Source: Octopus sinensis
Lineage: Eukaryota
Reading direction: 5' to 3'
Assembly (NCBI RefSeq): GCF_006345805.1
Contig: NC_043014.1
Coordinates: forward strand, 17,112,001 to 17,176,000
Length of the DNA: 64,000 nucleotides
The notes beneath the pieces were generated by a model. The model searched no databases, was not told the DNA's origin, and was given only the letters and a program-made list of their open reading frames with translations. The position numbers and the translations under genes are program-made. This document shows, in pieces, positions 63,030-64,000 of this stretch; position 1 is the stretch's first letter, and the number at the start of each line of letters is the position of its first letter.

Positions 63030-63106
63030 TGCACGTATGCAGCTGTATATGCATGCACGTATGCAGCTGTATATGCATGCACGTATGCAGCTGTATATGC
63101 ATGCAC
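63030..63106. repeat. 24-bp unit x3 tandem repeat (gtatgcagctgtatatgcatgcac)
   Basis: Direct read. Confidence 0.95.
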
Positions 63107-64000
63107 TAGCCCTATGACCCGGCATTGCCAGGTCATAGTGCTAGTATTAGCCATTTTTCATACTTTCTAGGAGTAAGCAAATAGGAAATAACAGTTGCTA
63201 CCCAAGGACAAAAATCATGTTACACATTGTAATATATGCACTCACAAAAGAAAATTGTTCTTTTTAACTTGGCTCAAGGATAAAGTATAGTCAATAAAAT
63301 CAATGCCAGAATATTGCTGGAACTTATTTTAGCAACTGCAGACAAGTCAATTCCAGCAGGAATTAATAATGTGAATGGATAAATTTAACAGTAAGTTAAA
63401 TGCTTTGCAATTTCACTGCCACATCTGGCTGAAGGTATTTGTCAGTCCTCCAAGATTGCAGCAATTCATACCAGTTATATACAAGGTTCAAGTCGAAATA
63501 CAGACCTCTTTCTAACTAATGCTGAAGCCAGATATCAAAATTAAGGATTTTGTTTTCCTCTGCACTCAGAAAATGTTTTTTGTTGTTGATTGTGAATCTA
63601 AGTACCTTATTGAACAAAAGAGCTTCTGCATAGTCATACAACATGCTAGAAACGGCAGTCAGATTTCAAGCAAATCACTATTTACTGACTTACAAATGAA
63701 AGGAGACATTAGCCAATGTAGTTGTAGACAAATGAGAGGATCATCATGGATTTGTTTGATCAGTGCCAAACAATGACTTGTGAAGCCGCAGTTTAGCCAA
63801 CAAGTGATATAAAAAGAAACAGAAATTACTGAGTCTCTCAGGAAATTCAGTAAAGTTAAGAGAAGCTTTGGTAACATGTCAGTGTAACCAAGTTGTCTGT
63901 TGTTAAGTTCATATCTTGATCTGTTGTGTAATTTTTGTAAACAAAATGCTCTTTCAGCAGGTGGAGTCTGGTTCCAGTTCTTCCCAGGTTGTTATATGTA

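Noticed and set aside
63660-64000. Open frames at the window end as further vanin or KIF4 exons
   Set aside because: No recognisable motif or splice pair.

Overview
AT-rich, repeat-dense eukaryotic DNA. The SINE/RTE repeat repertoire looks like an octopod cephalopod (inference from recognised repeat types, not a database result). Three host-gene loci can be read by hand-splicing. (1) Twelve minus-strand exons (45416->30714) join in frame into the stalk/tail of a kinesin-4 (KIF4/chromokinesin) with the Cys-rich CXC tail; one intron has a GC donor, and no motor-domain exons were found. (2) A compact plus-strand PPP1R15 (GADD34/CReP-type eIF2alpha phosphatase subunit) has its KVRF PP1-docking motif split by an intron (52740^54423). 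(3) An isolated minus-strand vanin/biotinidase exon (59956->59666) is cut off by a MITE. The rest is mostly TEs: a near-full-length RTE LINE with a PHD finger, nested in a hAT transposase; several decayed RTE copies and tails; three mariners; Tc1/maT-like derivatives; piggyBac-, hAT- and GGG-terminal MITEs; Penelope and RLE-LINE relics; and three tRNA-derived SINE families. There are several long inverted repeats and a ~1 kb false duplication across a 100-N gap. I found no clearly novel multi-gene system. The best leads are the PPP1R15 locus (intron read-through gives KVEF instead of KVRF) and a possible SINE-supplied KIF4 stop codon. Exon coordinates were counted by hand; repeat boundaries are approximate.
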